A stretch of 62,059 nt of DNA, taken from assembly GCA_013388645.1 (NCBI GenBank), contig JACAEV010000197.1:1-62059 (forward strand). The letters run 5' to 3'. The notes beneath the pieces are model-generated. The model did not search any database. It saw nothing but the letters and a program-made list of their open reading frames with translations, and was not told where the DNA came from. A program made the position numbers and the translations under genes. Source of the stretch: Syntrophaceae bacterium. GTDB taxonomy: Bacteria > Desulfobacterota > BSN033 > UBA1163. Shown here piece after piece: positions 18,307 through 29,099 of the stretch. Each line of letters opens with the position of its first letter. The first letter of the stretch is position 1.

Positions 18307-19203
18307 ATGAACGAATCGATCCAAACCTTCTTGCAACTTATGTTGAGCGGGATGTCCATAGGCGGGGTCTATGCCATGGTCGCCCTCGGTTTTGTGCTTA
18401 TCTATAAAGCTACGGGGGTTTTTAACTTCGCTCAAGGGGAATTGATGATGGTGGGAGCCTACTTTTCTTTTTATCTTATCACTCAATATCACCTTCATTT
18501 CTTCCAGGCTTTCCTCTTGGCTTTGATTATCTCCGCTTTTCTTGGGATAGTTGTGGAGTTCCTAATCCTAAAACCAATGGTAGGAGAACCTATTTTTTCA
18601 GTGGTTATGATCACAGTAGGGCTTGCTGTAATGCTGAAAGGGACTGTGAGTCTAGTATGGGGACATGACGTTCATCAATTTCCTTCTCCTTTTATCAGCA
18701 GTCCTTTGTCTTTAGGCGGAGTCACCATCTTTCGCTCCTCCTTCTGGACTATCGTGGCGACTTTTGCTTTGGTGGTAATCTTCATTCTGTTTTTTAGAGT
18801 TTCTAAAGTCGGCATTGCCATGCGAGCTGTGGCCAACGATCAAAGAGCGGCCCAGATCATTGGAATCAGTATTCGCAAAATCTTTTCCATCTCCTGGGCG
18901 ATTGCTGCGGTAGTGGCGACGATCGGAGGATTTTTCTTTGTCAACATTTTCTTTGTGACTCCAGATATCAGTTATATCGGCATGAAGGCCTTTCCTGCAG
19001 CCGTTTTAGGAGGGATGGATAGTGTTCCAGGAGCCATCATAGGAGGTTTGATCATAGGTATCATTGAAAATCTGGCTGGTGGATATTTGGACAAACTTCT
19101 TGGAGGAGGGATTAAAGAAATCAGTTCTTTTGTGGTTCTGATTTTGATCCTGATGATTAAACCCTATGGGCTATTTGGAAAGGAAGAAATTACGAGAGTA
19201 TAG
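18307..19203 (+). CDS. ABC permease, LivH family
   Basis: 298 aa and polytopic. Motifs 'GVFNFAQGELMMVGAY' and 'GGMDSVPGAIIGGLIIGIIE'. Confidence 0.9.
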   Translation: MNESIQTFLQLMLSGMSIGGVYAMVALGFVLIYKATGVFNFAQGELMMVGAYFSFYLITQYHLHFFQAFLLALIISAFLGIVVEFLILKPMVGEPIFSVVMITVGLAVMLKGTVSLVWGHDVHQFPSPFISSPLSLGGVTIFRSSFWTIVATFALVVIFILFFRVSKVGIAMRAVANDQRAAQIIGISIRKIFSISWAIAAVVATIGGFFFVNIFFVTPDISYIGMKAFPAAVLGGMDSVPGAIIGGLIIGIIENLAGGYLDKLLGGGIKEISSFVVLILILMIKPYGLFGKEEITRV

Positions 19204-19208
19204 AAAAC

Positions 19209-20252
19209 ATGATTAACGGAAATTTCAAAACGAATTATGAAGACGAAATCAAGATTTTCCAGACTACTTTTGTGAAGTTCTGGCTAGTGATACTCTTTGT
19301 TGGCCTGATAATTTTCCCTTTGGTTGCGGATCGGTACTTCATTTATCTTTGTAACCTTTGCGGAATTGCAATTATTGGGGCTTTAGGGCTTAACATTCTA
19401 ACTGGTTATACCGGACAGATTTCTTTGGGCCATGCGGGCTTTCTGGCCATCGGAGGTTATACTTCGGCTATTCTTTCTACTAAATTGGGAATTCCTTTCT
19501 GGTTGGCTATGCCGCTTTCAGGAATCATGGCGGCCATGGCAGGAATGATCGTGGCCATTCCTTCTTTGCGACTAAAAGGTCTATATATAGCCATTACCAC
19601 TTTCGCTTTTGGATTCATTGTAGATCACCTGATTATTCATTGGGAAAGTATGACCAACGGTCCTTCCGGCATCACCGCTCCACGGCCTTCCCTCGGTGTA
19701 TTCGTTTTCGATTCGGACAAAAGTTACTACTTTATCATCATCGTAATGGTCATCCTGGCAACAGGTTTTGCCCGAAATTTATTCAGGAGTAGAGTAGGAA
19801 GGGCTTTGATTGCTATACGGGACCGGGATATTGCTGCCGAGATCATCGGGATAAACCTCACCAAATATAAAATCCAGGCGTTTTCCATCAGTTCCTTTTA
19901 CGCGGGTATCGCTGGAAGCCTCATGGCTCATTATTTTGATGTCATCACTTTTGAGAATTTTACACTTATGCTGTCTATCCAGTATCTTGCAATGATCATC
20001 GTAGGAGGAGTGGGAAGCATCTTAGGTTCCATCTACGGTGCTATCTTTATTACTTTACTTCCTGAATTAATTCGGCTTCTAACTGACCTCTTTCGGCAAG
20101 AATATCCAAGCCTGACTACTCGGTTCGCCGATTTAAAGAGCGTGACCTTTGGATTAATTATTATCATCTTCCTCATTTTCGGCCCAAAGGGGCTTTATGG
20201 AGTGTGGAGGGATATCAAGGTTTATTGGAAAAACTGGCCTTTTACCTATTAA
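19209..20252 (+). CDS. ABC permease, LivM family
   Basis: 347 aa and polytopic. Motifs 'GYTGQISLGHAGFLAIGGY' and 'IAIRDRDIAAEIIGIN'. Confidence 0.9.
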   Translation: MINGNFKTNYEDEIKIFQTTFVKFWLVILFVGLIIFPLVADRYFIYLCNLCGIAIIGALGLNILTGYTGQISLGHAGFLAIGGYTSAILSTKLGIPFWLAMPLSGIMAAMAGMIVAIPSLRLKGLYIAITTFAFGFIVDHLIIHWESMTNGPSGITAPRPSLGVFVFDSDKSYYFIIIVMVILATGFARNLFRSRVGRALIAIRDRDIAAEIIGINLTKYKIQAFSISSFYAGIAGSLMAHYFDVITFENFTLMLSIQYLAMIIVGGVGSILGSIYGAIFITLLPELIRLLTDLFRQEYPSLTTRFADLKSVTFGLIIIIFLIFGPKGLYGVWRDIKVYWKNWPFTY

Positions 20253-20339
20253 CGAGGAATAGTGGGGAGATGGGAGGAGAGCTTTAGAAAAGGATAAAAA
20301 CAAGGAATTTGCAGGTAAAAGAGAAAGGAGGAAAAAGAA

Positions 20340-21551
20340 ATGGTTAAAAAAGTATCGGAGGTCCTCATATTGGTGGGAATAGTCTCGATCCTAGGCTTGT
20401 TAGGAGCAGAAGGAGCAGAAGTGGGTGTAACTGATTCTACAATAAAGGTTGGGGGAGTTATGTTGATAACAGGTCCTATCGCTCGATATGGAACTGCCGC
20501 TGCTGATGGGATAGCTATTTATTGTAAATACATTAACGAGATGGGAGGTATTAATGGAAGAAAGATTGACTTGATCATGGAAGATGATGGATATGATCCC
20601 GTACGTGCCTTAGCAGCGGCAAAAAAACTTATCGACCGAGATAGGGTGTTTGCCTTTATTACTACCTCAGGGACTCCCCAAACCCATCAAATTGTCCCTC
20701 TATTGGGGAAAGAGAATATCCCTTCTTTATCTGGGATCATTCCTCAGATGCCTGTGGCCGATCCTCCACGAACTGCTTTCACTTTTGGAATGCGTTATGG
20801 ACACCAGATGATCTTAGCTACTGATTACATCATGAAAGATCTTAAGGCCAAATCCCCAAAGATGGCCATCCTTTATCAGGATGATGAATACGGAAAGGAA
20901 GTAAAGTGGGGAGCCTTGCTGGCTTGCAAACATTATGGGTTGCAGATGGTAGCTGAAGAGACCTACAAGAGAGGAGCAGTAGACTTTAGCTCACAAGTAC
21001 TGAATTTGAAGAGAGCTAATCCAGATTATGTTTATTTGGCTACGGTAATTCGAGAAACCCCTATTGTCCTTAAGGAAGCTACGAAATTGGGATGGGCGCC
21101 TGTTTTTATTGGAAATTCATCCTACTGTGATGAGTCCACTATCGAGCTTTCCAGTCGGGATGCTCCGGAAGTCCTCAAGAAAATGATTCAGGTCCATTAC
21201 CTTTCCCGTTTCTTTGAAGAAAATCCCGAAATGTCTCAACTCAAAGCTGGCTTCAAAAAGATCAGGCCAGATATCGATACAAATAAACTCCTCCACTACC
21301 ATATCCTGGGTTGGGTCAATGGGTTAATATTTTGTGAAGGGGTTAAAAGAGCGGGGAAGGACCTAACGCGGGAAGGTTTGATTAAAGGATGGGAGAGTAT
21401 GTCTAATTTCAACACAGGGGGCCTGGCCGGAATTATCTCCTTTGGGCCAAATAAACACTTTGCTGACACTTCCGGCAGGATCTTTAAAGCAGATTTAGAT
21501 AAGAATATTTGGGTTCCAATTACCGATTGGAGAAAACCCAGCTTTGAATGA
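20340..21551 (+). CDS. Periplasmic/extracytoplasmic substrate-binding protein (LivK/Peripla_BP_6 type)
   Basis: 403 aa. It has a signal peptide and 'IKVGGVMLITGPIARYGTAAADGIAIYCKYINEMGGINGRKIDLIMEDDGYDP'. Confidence 0.85.
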   Translation: MVKKVSEVLILVGIVSILGLLGAEGAEVGVTDSTIKVGGVMLITGPIARYGTAAADGIAIYCKYINEMGGINGRKIDLIMEDDGYDPVRALAAAKKLIDRDRVFAFITTSGTPQTHQIVPLLGKENIPSLSGIIPQMPVADPPRTAFTFGMRYGHQMILATDYIMKDLKAKSPKMAILYQDDEYGKEVKWGALLACKHYGLQMVAEETYKRGAVDFSSQVLNLKRANPDYVYLATVIRETPIVLKEATKLGWAPVFIGNSSYCDESTIELSSRDAPEVLKKMIQVHYLSRFFEENPEMSQLKAGFKKIRPDIDTNKLLHYHILGWVNGLIFCEGVKRAGKDLTREGLIKGWESMSNFNTGGLAGIISFGPNKHFADTSGRIFKADLDKNIWVPITDWRKPSFE

Positions 21552-21752
21552 ACCCTTTTTCTCCTCCCTCCCCCCTGAAGAGAACTGTAAATAAGGCCAT
21601 TGGAGTTTTGCTCTTTTTGCTATGAGTAAAAGATTTTGTGGACTGGGCAAAACTCATCAGAAGGGCTTAAACCTGACCTATGTGGAAACGTAGGAATACT
21701 GAAAAAAATTTGAGAATTTTCAAGCTATAAAAAGATATTGGAATGATTATAA

Positions 21753-22553
21753 ATGAACTTAAAATATTTGCATTTTGAAATTATGGACAAAACGGGAGTT
21801 CTTTACTTTAACTCGCCCCCAGCAAATGGCTTTAACCAGGAGTTGGTGAATGAATTGACGACAATGGTGAATTCATTAAAGGCAAATGTGGGCGAGATAC
21901 GGAGCCTTATTATCACGAGCAAGATTGAGAATATATTTATTGCAGGGGCCGATATAAAAATGATCAAAAAGTTTATGGATGGTCCAAATCTGGTTGCTGA
22001 CCAAATCCATTTCAATACTGATCTTCAGCAAGTCATCAATGAAATCGAAGGCCTGCCATTTCCGGTGATAGCGGCAATAAACGGACATGCAATGGGAGGT
22101 GGGCTTGAACTCGCTTTGGCATGCGATTTTCGTTTTATGGCTAAGGGAAAAGCTCGGATAGGCCTTCCCGAGGTAAATTTAGGACTTCTTCCAGGCGCAG
22201 GAGGAACACAGCGCATCTCAAGATTAATCGGTAAGAGTCGGGCGAAAGATATGATCTTTAACAGCAAACTTTTTGATGCAGAGGGGGCCTTGGCCATAGG
22301 TATCGTAGATCAAATTTTTGATCCTGAGTCACTGATGGAAAAAAGTTTGGAATATGCTAACAAGTTGAAAGATCGTGCCGGGATATCCATTTCCGTAGTC
22401 AAAGGGTGTATTGATAAGGGATTGGAAATGTCGCTGAAAGAAGGTCTCGCCCTTGAGATGGAAGGACTTGAAAGGTTGTTAAAGACCAATGATGCCCAGG
22501 AAGGTGTTACAGCCTTTTTAGAAAAACGAAAACCGGTCTTTCAAAGCAAGTAG
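21753..22553 (+). CDS. Enoyl-CoA hydratase/isomerase
   Basis: 266 aa. Motifs 'AAINGHAMGGGLELALACDFR', 'GLPEVNLGLLPGAGGTQR' and 'EGVTAFLEKRKPVF'. Confidence 0.85.
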   Translation: MNLKYLHFEIMDKTGVLYFNSPPANGFNQELVNELTTMVNSLKANVGEIRSLIITSKIENIFIAGADIKMIKKFMDGPNLVADQIHFNTDLQQVINEIEGLPFPVIAAINGHAMGGGLELALACDFRFMAKGKARIGLPEVNLGLLPGAGGTQRISRLIGKSRAKDMIFNSKLFDAEGALAIGIVDQIFDPESLMEKSLEYANKLKDRAGISISVVKGCIDKGLEMSLKEGLALEMEGLERLLKTNDAQEGVTAFLEKRKPVFQSK

Positions 22554-22636
22554 AAATGTGAGTCAAGAATTTAGTGGGAGTGCTGTAGCAAACTCAAAAA
22601 ATGGAAAGGAAGCATTAAAATGGGGGAAGCTAAGAA

Positions 22637-24199
22637 ATGGGGCTATACGATTTCACCATTTATAACATTATAAAACATAATGCTATCGTTTATAAAGATC
22701 GAATTGCCTGGAAATTTGGAGACCAGGTTATCACCCATAGCCAATTCCATGAAAATATCAATCGATTGGCCCATGGCCTTGTAGATGCCGGTTTACAAAA
22801 AGGAGACCGCATTGGTATCTTGGCGCAAAACAGCCTTGATTACATCTATCTATATGGTGCGTCCGCCCAAATAGGTTCCATAGTGGTTCCAATAAGTTGG
22901 CGCCTGAAACCAAAAGAGATTGAATATATCATTTCCGACGCGCATCCTAAGATTCTTTTTATAGAGTCTGAATTTCAGGAAATGATAGGAAAGATGGCCT
23001 CAAGGTTTTGGTTTATTGAAAGGTGCTTTATTTTAGACAAACCAATGGAAGGTTTTGTTTTCTTCAAAGATTTATTAGGAAACAAAGGGGGTGAAATTCA
23101 ATCAGATGTTGGCTCCAATGATACCTTTGTCATTTTATATACTGCAGCCTCAAGTGGAGAGCCTAAGGGGGCTGCGCTCTCACATCAAAATTTAATCTAT
23201 TATAATCTTCAAACGATGTGTGTTTGGCGTCTGACACACGAGGACATAAATATCAATTTACTACCATTTTTCCATACACAAGGATTGGTTGTATGCCTAA
23301 GCGTAATGCAGGCAGGAGGATTGAACATCATTATCCCAAAGTTCGATGCCGACCTTGCTATTAAACATATTCAAGAAGATAGGGTGACCGTTTTTAGCGA
23401 ATTTGCGCCTATGTTGACTACCATATTAGACAAGGCAAGGGAGGGGAATTTTGATCTATCAAGTCTGAGGATCATAACGGGTTTGGATAGCTACGATACA
23501 ATAAGGAGATTAGAAGAATTGACTTCTGCAACCTTTTGGACTGGGTATGGGCAAACAGAAACCTCAGGAGGTTCTGTCAGCTTAGCTCCTTACTTAAAGA
23601 AACCTGGGTCTGCAGGAGTTTGTGCATTATTGAGTGAGGTAAAAATAGTTGATCACAGTGGAAAAAATGTGGAGACGGGGGAGGCTGGAGAGATAGTCGT
23701 TCGTGGCCCGATGGTATTCAAAGGCTATTGGAATCGAGAAAAAGAGACCGAATATACCTTTCGTGGTGGTTGGCATCATACCGGCGACAAAGGTTATCTT
23801 GATGCAGATGGGTATCTGTGGTTTATAGGGCGTCTTACCGAAAAGGATCTTATTAAAACGGGCGGTGAAAATGTCTATCCGGAAGAAGTTGAAAAAGTCA
23901 TCTTGGAACACCCCTTCGTTGAGCAGGTGGTTGTTTTTGGAGTTCCTGATTCCCAATGGGGAGAAGCTGTTAAGGCGGTCTGTGTTTTGAAAAAAGGGCA
24001 ATCGATGGATGAGGAAGACTTGATGAACTTTGTGGCGAATCGCATTGCGCGCTTCAAGAAACCCAAATATGTCAGTTTTGTCTCCAGCTTGCCTAAGAAT
24101 ATAGGAGGGGATATTAATCGGGAAAGAGTGAAAGCCCTTTATCGAGAAGAAATGGGTGTTAAGAAAGAAAAACAGCAGAGCGGAGTTGTTGAAGAGTGA
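22637..24199 (+). CDS. AMP-forming acyl-CoA synthetase (medium-chain class)
   Basis: 520 aa. Motifs 'LYTAASSGEPKGAALSH', 'GYGQTETSG', 'GWHHTGDKGYLDADGYLWFIGR' and 'GGENVYPEEVE'. Confidence 0.85.
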   Translation: MGLYDFTIYNIIKHNAIVYKDRIAWKFGDQVITHSQFHENINRLAHGLVDAGLQKGDRIGILAQNSLDYIYLYGASAQIGSIVVPISWRLKPKEIEYIISDAHPKILFIESEFQEMIGKMASRFWFIERCFILDKPMEGFVFFKDLLGNKGGEIQSDVGSNDTFVILYTAASSGEPKGAALSHQNLIYYNLQTMCVWRLTHEDININLLPFFHTQGLVVCLSVMQAGGLNIIIPKFDADLAIKHIQEDRVTVFSEFAPMLTTILDKAREGNFDLSSLRIITGLDSYDTIRRLEELTSATFWTGYGQTETSGGSVSLAPYLKKPGSAGVCALLSEVKIVDHSGKNVETGEAGEIVVRGPMVFKGYWNREKETEYTFRGGWHHTGDKGYLDADGYLWFIGRLTEKDLIKTGGENVYPEEVEKVILEHPFVEQVVVFGVPDSQWGEAVKAVCVLKKGQSMDEEDLMNFVANRIARFKKPKYVSFVSSLPKNIGGDINRERVKALYREEMGVKKEKQQSGVVEE

Positions 24200-24978
24200 C
24201 ACCAATGGAGAATAATTTGATTCATATTAAGAACATTCATTTGGCCTTCGGCGGTACTCAAGCCCTTCTGAATGTTAGTTTGGAGATTAAAGAAAAAGAA
24301 ATTCTGGCGATTATAGGCCCAAATGGGGCCGGAAAGACCTCTCTTCTAAATTGCATCAGTGGGTTCTACCGTCCCTATAAAGGTGAAATAATATATCAAA
24401 ATATGGATTTAACAAAGGTAGCGCCTCATAAAATTGCCAAATTGGGCATCGCTCGTACTTTTCAAAACATTGAACTCTATACCGGGCTGAATACTCTGGA
24501 CAACCTTATGGCGGCCAGGCACATCCACATGAAGCGAGGAGCTTTTTGGGACGGTATATATTTTGGCCCTAGACGAAGAGAAGATATCAAACACCGTAAG
24601 TTTGTGGAAGAGGTCATCGATCTTCTTGAGCTAGAACCAGTCCGGAAAAAAATTGTAGGTTCACTTCCTTATGGTCAACGCAAGAGGGTCGATTTAGCAA
24701 GAGCGCTTTGCATGAATCCAAAGATACTTTTGTTGGATGAGCCAATGGCCGGAATGAATGTTGAAGAAAAAGAGGATATGGCGCGATTTATTTTGGACAT
24801 CTTTGAGCTCAGGGAAATCGCAGTTGTTTTGGTAGAACATAATATGGACGTCGTTATGGATATCAGCGACAGGATTGCTGTACTTGATTTCGGGACGAAG
24901 ATTGCCGAAGGTAGTCCCGATGATATTAAGGGTGATCCAAAGGTCATTAGGGCTTACTTGGGAGCCGGGCAATCCTGA
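24196..24978 (+). CDS. ABC transporter ATP-binding protein, LivG-like (paralog of 15561..16319)
   Basis: Motifs 'GPNGAGKTS', 'LPYGQRKRVDLARAL' and 'LLLDEPMAGMN'. GTG 24196 overlaps the upstream stop. ATG 24205 is an alternative start. Confidence 0.88.
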   Translation: MTPMENNLIHIKNIHLAFGGTQALLNVSLEIKEKEILAIIGPNGAGKTSLLNCISGFYRPYKGEIIYQNMDLTKVAPHKIAKLGIARTFQNIELYTGLNTLDNLMAARHIHMKRGAFWDGIYFGPRRREDIKHRKFVEEVIDLLELEPVRKKIVGSLPYGQRKRVDLARALCMNPKILLLDEPMAGMNVEEKEDMARFILDIFELREIAVVLVEHNMDVVMDISDRIAVLDFGTKIAEGSPDDIKGDPKVIRAYLGAGQS

Positions 24979-25003
24979 CATCATCGAGTAATAAAGGTTC
25001 AAA

Positions 25004-26941
25004 ATGGACAACATTAGAGAGAGAGAAAAAGATCAGTTAGATACACTGCCCAAGCTATTGAAAAACATATATGAGGCAAATCCCAATGGAGTTGCTTTAA
25101 GAGTTAAGAACATGGGGATTTGGCAAAAATATACGTGGAGCGATTATTACAATAACGTTAAATACCTTGCATTGGGTTTAGTCTCCCTAGGCCTTAAGCG
25201 TGGGGATAAAATTTCCATTTTGGGAGAAAATAAACCTGAGTGGTATTATGCAGAACTTGCGGCCCAATCGGTGGGAGCGATTGCTGTGGGCATTTTTAGT
25301 GATTGTATAGCTTCTGAAGTCAAATTCTATGTAGAGCACTCCGACTCCGTTTTTGTCATTGCTCATGACCAGGAACAAGTAGATAAAGTATTAGATATAA
25401 TAGATGAAATTCCCTTGCTGAAAAAAATTGTATACTGGGATCCCAAAGGAATGTGGAGTTATCAGAATAAACTTTTGTGCAGCTTCGATGAAGTCGTTGA
25501 AATGGGTAGGAACTATGAAAAATTTAATCCTGAGTTTTTTGATAAAACGGTTGCTACAGGTAATGCTAATGATATCGGTGTTATCTGTTATACCTCTGGA
25601 ACCACCGGACAGCCCAGAGGAGCCATGTTAAGCCAAAGGTGGTTGGTGGATGGAACTAGGCATTGGGCTGAAAGGGATGATTGGAAAGATAAAGGATTCA
25701 ATTATGTTTCATTTCTCCCTGGGGCCTGGGCTGCTGAACAAGGATTCGGGATCGCTGGGAACCTTTGCGCCGGGGTAAGGGTTAATTTTCCTGAGTCAAC
25801 TGAAACTGTCCAAACCGACTTGCGGGAGATTGGTCCTGAACTACTTTTTTATGGCGCTCGCATGTGGGAGTTAGTCAATCGTAACATCCAGGCAAAGATG
25901 ATAGATTCCACGTTACCCCGCAGGCTTATCTATCGTATCTGCCTTCCCATCGGGTTAAAAGTAGCCAAACTACGTTCTGAGAGAAAAGTACTTAAAGTTT
26001 TTTGGCGACTTATATATTTTGGGGCTTATTATAGCTTCTTTAAGCAGTTACGCGACAACTTGGGCCTCAGCAAGGCAAGAATAGTATATTCTGCTGGAGC
26101 TGCTATCAGCCCGGATATCATTCACTTTTTTCAAGCAATGGGAATAGAAATCAAACTTTACTATGGTAGCACTGAATCAGGTGCTATCTCTGTCCCCGAG
26201 ACAGGGCATATCAGACCTGAGACAACGGGACCTCCACTTCCTTGGGTGAAAGTCAAAATCTCTGAAGAAGGAGAGATACTTGTCAAAAATGAATATATGA
26301 TGTTTGCAGGCTATTACAAGGACTCAAAGGCCACCGAAGATAAGATCAAGGATGGATGGTATCAAACAGGTGACTTTGGTTATGTAGATGATGAAGGGCA
26401 TCTGATTGTCATTGATCGGATGGGTGATCTCAAATCGTTAAAGTCAGGCAAAAAATTTTCGCCTCAATATACGGAGATAAGGTTACGCTTCAGTCCTTAT
26501 ATAAAAGACGCTTTAGTAATAGGGGATAAAGACCGTGAGTATGTGGTCTGTCTGATCAACATCGATATTGAAAATGTGGGACAGTTTGCAGAAAAAAAAC
26601 ACATCGAATATACAACCTTCTCTGATATCTCTCAAAAGCCCGAGGTAATTGAATTGATAAGGGGAGAGATCATCAAGGTCAATCGAACACTTCCAGATCA
26701 TGCGAGAATTAAGAAATTTGTGAATTTGGACAAAGAACTCGATCCTGATGATGAAGAATTAACCAGAACAAGGAAGTTGCGGAGGAGTTTCGTTGAGAAC
26801 CGTTACAGCGATTTAATTGAGGCTATATATAGCAGCAAGGAATATTACGAATCGCAAGAGTCGATCACTTATCGTGATGGGCGAAAAGGTTCCATAAAAA
26901 TGGCAGTCAAAGTGAACTGGGTTGAGGAGGAAGGGGTATGA
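25004..26941 (+). CDS. Long (645-aa) AMP-forming acyl-CoA ligase embedded in the ABC operon (paralog of 16316..18163)
   Basis: Motifs 'ICYTSGTTGQPRGAMLS', 'YYGSTE' and 'GDFGYVDDEGHLIVIDRMGD'. It shares the C-terminal 'LDPDDEELTRTRKLRR' architecture with the first copy. Confidence 0.85.
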   Translation: MDNIREREKDQLDTLPKLLKNIYEANPNGVALRVKNMGIWQKYTWSDYYNNVKYLALGLVSLGLKRGDKISILGENKPEWYYAELAAQSVGAIAVGIFSDCIASEVKFYVEHSDSVFVIAHDQEQVDKVLDIIDEIPLLKKIVYWDPKGMWSYQNKLLCSFDEVVEMGRNYEKFNPEFFDKTVATGNANDIGVICYTSGTTGQPRGAMLSQRWLVDGTRHWAERDDWKDKGFNYVSFLPGAWAAEQGFGIAGNLCAGVRVNFPESTETVQTDLREIGPELLFYGARMWELVNRNIQAKMIDSTLPRRLIYRICLPIGLKVAKLRSERKVLKVFWRLIYFGAYYSFFKQLRDNLGLSKARIVYSAGAAISPDIIHFFQAMGIEIKLYYGSTESGAISVPETGHIRPETTGPPLPWVKVKISEEGEILVKNEYMMFAGYYKDSKATEDKIKDGWYQTGDFGYVDDEGHLIVIDRMGDLKSLKSGKKFSPQYTEIRLRFSPYIKDALVIGDKDREYVVCLINIDIENVGQFAEKKHIEYTTFSDISQKPEVIELIRGEIIKVNRTLPDHARIKKFVNLDKELDPDDEELTRTRKLRRSFVENRYSDLIEAIYSSKEYYESQESITYRDGRKGSIKMAVKVNWVEEEGV

Positions 26942-27825
26942 CTTATTTCCTGCAATATCTTTTAATTGGTTTCTTGACAGGAGGGTTATATTCCGCCTTT
27001 GCGGTGACAGTTGTTTTAGTTTATAAGGCTACCCATGTCGCAAGTCTAGCCCATGGACAAATTCTGGCCTTTGGTGCTGTTTTTTTCTACTGGTGTATAG
27101 CGGTCTTACAGTTGCCAATATCGGTTAGTTTTCTCGTTGCATTGGCTTTGGCGGGGGTTTTAGGATTCATCATCGAACGGTTAACCATGCGCCCGTTAAT
27201 TGGAGAACCCCTCTTTACGAGTTTCCTTATGACCTTCGCGGTATTTATGTTTCTGGACGGAGTTTTCAATTTGTACGTGGCAGGCGAAACCCGTTTTATT
27301 CCCCCATTTCTTCCCCAAGGAAATATGGGTATAGGAAAACTGATTATTGCAGAACAAAGAGCCTCCAACTTTGTAATGACTCTGCTTCCAGCTTTGATTG
27401 TGATTGGTTTTTTTAAATACAGTAAGGTAGGGTTGCGCATGAGAGCAACCGCGGAAAATCATCGGTTGGCACAAAGTGCTGGAATTCGGGTAAAAAATAT
27501 CTTCTCCATTATTTGGATTTTCTCTTCGATATTGGCAGCAGTAGCCGGTATTGGTTGTGCGACGATCATGAATATTCACTATCCTTTGCCTTACAATGGT
27601 CTCAAAGGGCTTCTGGTAGCCCTGGTCGGTGGTTTAGATTCAATCGGGGGGGCAATTCTGGCGGGTTTGCTTGTGGGAGTGATTGAGAGCTTGGCTGCAG
27701 GCTATGTTGATCCTCTAACCGAAGTCGGAGGAACAAGTGAGGTGGTCGCCTATGTTCTACTCCTCTTTATCTTATTAGTGAAGCCCTATGGTTTATTTGG
27801 ATTAGCTCGTATTGAAAGAATATAG
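26938..27825 (+). CDS. ABC permease, LivH family
   Basis: 295 aa and polytopic. Motif 'GGLDSIGGAILAGLLVGVIE'. The ATGA overlaps the ligase stop. Confidence 0.9.
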   Translation: MTYFLQYLLIGFLTGGLYSAFAVTVVLVYKATHVASLAHGQILAFGAVFFYWCIAVLQLPISVSFLVALALAGVLGFIIERLTMRPLIGEPLFTSFLMTFAVFMFLDGVFNLYVAGETRFIPPFLPQGNMGIGKLIIAEQRASNFVMTLLPALIVIGFFKYSKVGLRMRATAENHRLAQSAGIRVKNIFSIIWIFSSILAAVAGIGCATIMNIHYPLPYNGLKGLLVALVGGLDSIGGAILAGLLVGVIESLAAGYVDPLTEVGGTSEVVAYVLLLFILLVKPYGLFGLARIERI

Positions 27826-27847
27826 TTAGAAAGGAAAGTTAGAAGTC

Positions 27848-28894
27848 ATGAGACCTTGCGGTGTTTTTGATGAAAGATACGAGACCGATATGGCTATTAT
27901 TAGGACATGGCAACACTGGACAATATTGCTTGGAACCATCGGTTTGCTTTTTTGTATTCCACTTTTTGCATCTTATTACTTTATTAGTTTGCTAAACGGT
28001 ATTTTCATTACCTCGGTTATGGTGTTAGGACTACAGATTATCATGGGGTATTGTGGACAGGTTTCTTTGGGTCAAGCAGCTTTTATGGCAGTAGGGGGGT
28101 TTGTTTCGGCTTTGCTTACACTAAAGCTCGGATTATCTTTCTGGCTTGCCTTACCTCTTTCAGGTCTGTCTGCTGGTTTAATCGGTCTCATTGGTGGAGC
28201 ACCCTCTCTTCGGGTAAAAGAGTTTTACCTGGCTATGAGTACAGTCGCCATACATTATGTGATTATCTGGCTCATTACGCATCTCAAGATTACTGGTTAT
28301 ACGCAAGGGTTGGTTGCCCCTCCCCCAGCGATCGGCAACTTTGTATTCAATACTGAAGAGCGAATGTACTATATTATTTTGATGGTCACACTGTTATTGA
28401 CCTTTTACGCACGAAATCTAATAAGAGGGAACGTCGGTAGGATATTTATTGCAATTCGGGATAATGACCTTGCCGCCGAGGTAATGGGAGTAAATATTTT
28501 TAAGTATAAGATGCTCGCATTTTTTGTTTCATGTTTTTATGCTGGCATTGCAGGAAGTCTTCTGGCTCACTGGTACCAGATTGTAAATGTAGAACAGTTT
28601 ACACTCAACCACGCCCTTCTCTATATCGGAATGATCATTGTAGGTGGCATGGGAAGCATTCCGGGCGCTTTCTTTGGAGTATTTCTTCTGCGCCTACTGG
28701 ATGAATTTGTGTTGACTGTTTCTCCAATGTTGGCCCACAAGTTTCCACAACTAGGTATGACTCCTGCCGCTTCCCTGGGTGTTATGTGCTTTGGCATCGT
28801 TCTCGTACTTTTTCTACTCTACGAGCCACGGGGGATAGCACATCGGTGGGAAATCTTTAAGGCATCTTATCGAATTTACCCTTATCGAAAGTAA
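27848..28894 (+). CDS. ABC permease, LivM family
   Basis: 348 aa. Motifs 'GYCGQVSLGQAAFMAVGGF' and 'IAIRDNDLAAEVMGVN'. Confidence 0.9.
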   Translation: MRPCGVFDERYETDMAIIRTWQHWTILLGTIGLLFCIPLFASYYFISLLNGIFITSVMVLGLQIIMGYCGQVSLGQAAFMAVGGFVSALLTLKLGLSFWLALPLSGLSAGLIGLIGGAPSLRVKEFYLAMSTVAIHYVIIWLITHLKITGYTQGLVAPPPAIGNFVFNTEERMYYIILMVTLLLTFYARNLIRGNVGRIFIAIRDNDLAAEVMGVNIFKYKMLAFFVSCFYAGIAGSLLAHWYQIVNVEQFTLNHALLYIGMIIVGGMGSIPGAFFGVFLLRLLDEFVLTVSPMLAHKFPQLGMTPAASLGVMCFGIVLVLFLLYEPRGIAHRWEIFKASYRIYPYRK

Positions 28895-29099
28895 GGCTGC
28901 GAATAACAGGTTTCCTAAAACAGGTGTTCTAAACATGATTGCGGATAAAGATGGTTTTTTACATTTGACATAAAGCTAAATACAAATTCGGAATTCTGAT
29001 GGAGAAAGGAGGGAGATAAAAAAGAAGATATAAAATCACATTGGATATGGAGGAATAGAAAGGGGTTAATTTTACTTATAAAAGAAAGGAGGTTCAAAC

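Noticed and set aside
28912-28925. A TTTCCTAA motif upstream of SBP 2, identical to the half-site seen in the TetR control region.
   Set aside because: A single 8-mer occurrence is expected by chance in 62 kb of AT-rich DNA, and there is no partner half-site nearby.
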